A stretch of DNA of 64,000 bases. Origin: Eledone cirrhosa. Its lineage: Eukaryota. The stretch is taken from assembly GCA_964016885.1 (NCBI GenBank), contig OZ024740.1, forward strand, positions 155,062,001 through 155,126,000, read 5' to 3'. This document shows, one piece after another, positions 62,314-64,000 of this stretch. A program made the translations under genes and the position numbers. Each line of letters starts with the position of its first letter. Within the stretch, counting starts at the first letter, position 1. The notes under the pieces were generated by a model. It had not been told where the DNA came from. It searched no databases and saw only the letters and a list, made by a program, of their open reading frames with translations.

Positions 62314-64000
62314 GAGGAGTCGATCAAGGCCAAAAAGCAGGCTTGGAAAGTATGGCGGGATGGGGGAAGTAGAGAAGACTATGAAGTGGCCAGAAGGGAA
62401 GCTAGGAGACCAGTGTACTTCGCAAGAAGGGAAGCAGAGGAAAGAAAGTTCAAGCATATTCTACAACGCGAGGACCAAAAACGTGAGGTGTTCAGGATTG
62501 CTAGACAATGTGTCAAGGAGAACCGTGATATTGTCGGGAGAAGTGTGTCGGTAATGATGATGGTGTACTGGCCATCACTGACGCTGATAAGAAGGTAGCT
62601 TGGAAGTGTCACTACGAAAGGCTACTAAATGGGAGAAAGACAGCCTCCCCCACATCGATCCAATAGAGGGACCAGCAGTGCAAGTTGAAGGTAGTATAAT
62701 AAATAAGGCAATCAAAGATATGAAGACGGGCAAGGCGGCTGGGCCTTCGGAAATGCTGAAAGCATCTGGAACGGTGGGACACACTATGGTCACCCGGATA
62801 GTAAACCAAGTTATACAGAATGGGGTCGTACCAAAGGACTGGCGTAGCAGCATCATCATTAACTGCTACAAGGGTAAAGGAGATGCCCTAGATAGGGGAA
62901 ACTATAGAGGCATTAAATTAATTGATCAGGTCATGAAGGTCACAGAAAAAGTAATAGCGCAACTAATCAGAGAGCGAATTAATCTAGATGAAATGCAGTT
63001 CGGGTTTGTGTCAGGTAAAAGTACCACAGACGCTCTTTTCATTGTACGACAACTACAGGAGAAGTACCTACTTAGCTTTTGTAGACCTGGAGAAAGCCTT
63101 TGACAGAGTCCCCCGCTCCATTATCTGGTGGGCTCTTAGAAAACTAGGTGTAGATGAATGGCTTGTGAGAGCTATACAAGCCATGTATAAAGAAACAGTC
63201 AGCAAGGTTAGAATTAACAACGAATATAATGAAGAGTTTAGCGTAAAAGTTGGTGTTCATCAGGGCTCCGTCCTTAGCCCCCTCCTATTTATTATCGCCC
63301 TCCAAGCTATAACAGAGGAGTTCAAGACCGGCTGCCCATGGGAACTTCTATACGCAGATGATCTAACGCTCATAGCCAAATCAATAGCTGAACTAGAGAA
63401 GAAATTCCAAACATGGAAGCATGGCTTAGAATCAAAAGGCCTTAAAGTTAACTTGTCTAAGACTAAAGTCCTAATATGTAGGAAGGAGAATAGGCCACTG
63501 GTCCCATCTGGGAAATGGCCATGCTCAGTGTGTAGGAAAGGAGTAGGCAGAAACTCCATTTTATGTCCCAAATGCAAAGTATGGGTGCATAAAAGATGTA
63601 GTGGGATCACAGGTAAGCTAACTAAGAATATAGATTTTATATGTGGCCGATGCTCTGGTGCAATAAGTAGCAGCAAATGCCCACAGAATACTAGTTCATT
63701 CCATTGCCCAGATGGTTCTATAGAAATAGTGGATACCTTCCATTACCTGGGTGACAAAATCAGCAGTGGTGGAGCGTGCTCTGAAAGTACTGTAGCTAGA
63801 GTCCGAACGGGATGGAAAAAGTTCAGAGAGCTTATACTACTATTGGCCGCTAAAGGTTTCGCTCTAAAAATAAAAGGCAGGCTGTATGATGCCTGCATAC
63901 GAACAGCGATGTTACATGGCAGTGAGACCTGGGTGTTGTGTGCAGAAGATCTACACAGACTGGAAAGGAACGAAGCTTGTATGCTCCGTTGGATATGTAA
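62310..64000 (+). mobile_element. RTE-clade LINE, frameshifted, running off the window end
   Basis: Begins after (TA)n. Linker region and RT motifs (NYRGIKL, QFGF, HQGSVLSP, YADD, PHD-like CSVCRKGVG) are interrupted by frameshifts and a deletion near 63070. Confidence 0.95.

Overview
AT-rich animal genomic DNA, most likely a coleoid cephalopod such as Octopus, judged from the repeat landscape of (GAT)n-tailed RTE LINEs, tRNA-derived SINEs and dense microsatellites. One host gene is recognisable on the minus strand: an AEBP2/jing-like C2H2 zinc-finger gene. It has a 713-bp exon at 5512-6224 and a phase-compatible 35-bp first coding exon at 49336-49370, implying an intron of about 43 kb. The rest is mostly transposon-derived: about 11 degenerate RTE LINE fragments whose RT carries an inserted PHD-type finger, one CR1-like fragment, SINEs, piggyBac-, hAT- and pogo-like MITEs, a non-autonomous Helitron and two Penelope-like insertions. 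Highlights are (i) a non-coding, TSD-flanked, circularly permuted ~423-bp unit with a well-formed minimal type I hammerhead ribozyme (21861-22452); (ii) a Penelope GIY-YIG 3' remnant with perfect 79-bp inverted ends and a degenerate hammerhead (8201-9175); (iii) a cluster of unclassified (TA)n-associated fold-back elements (52770-53630, 34003-34197), one with strongly strand-biased G-U pairing; and (iv) a CpG-retaining domain around the AEBP2 start with a possible divergent promoter. There is a 200-N assembly gap at 44080-44279. Most ORF-track entries are spurious (microsatellite, antisense-LINE or AT-rich frames). All coordinates and counts were read by eye, and no database search was run.
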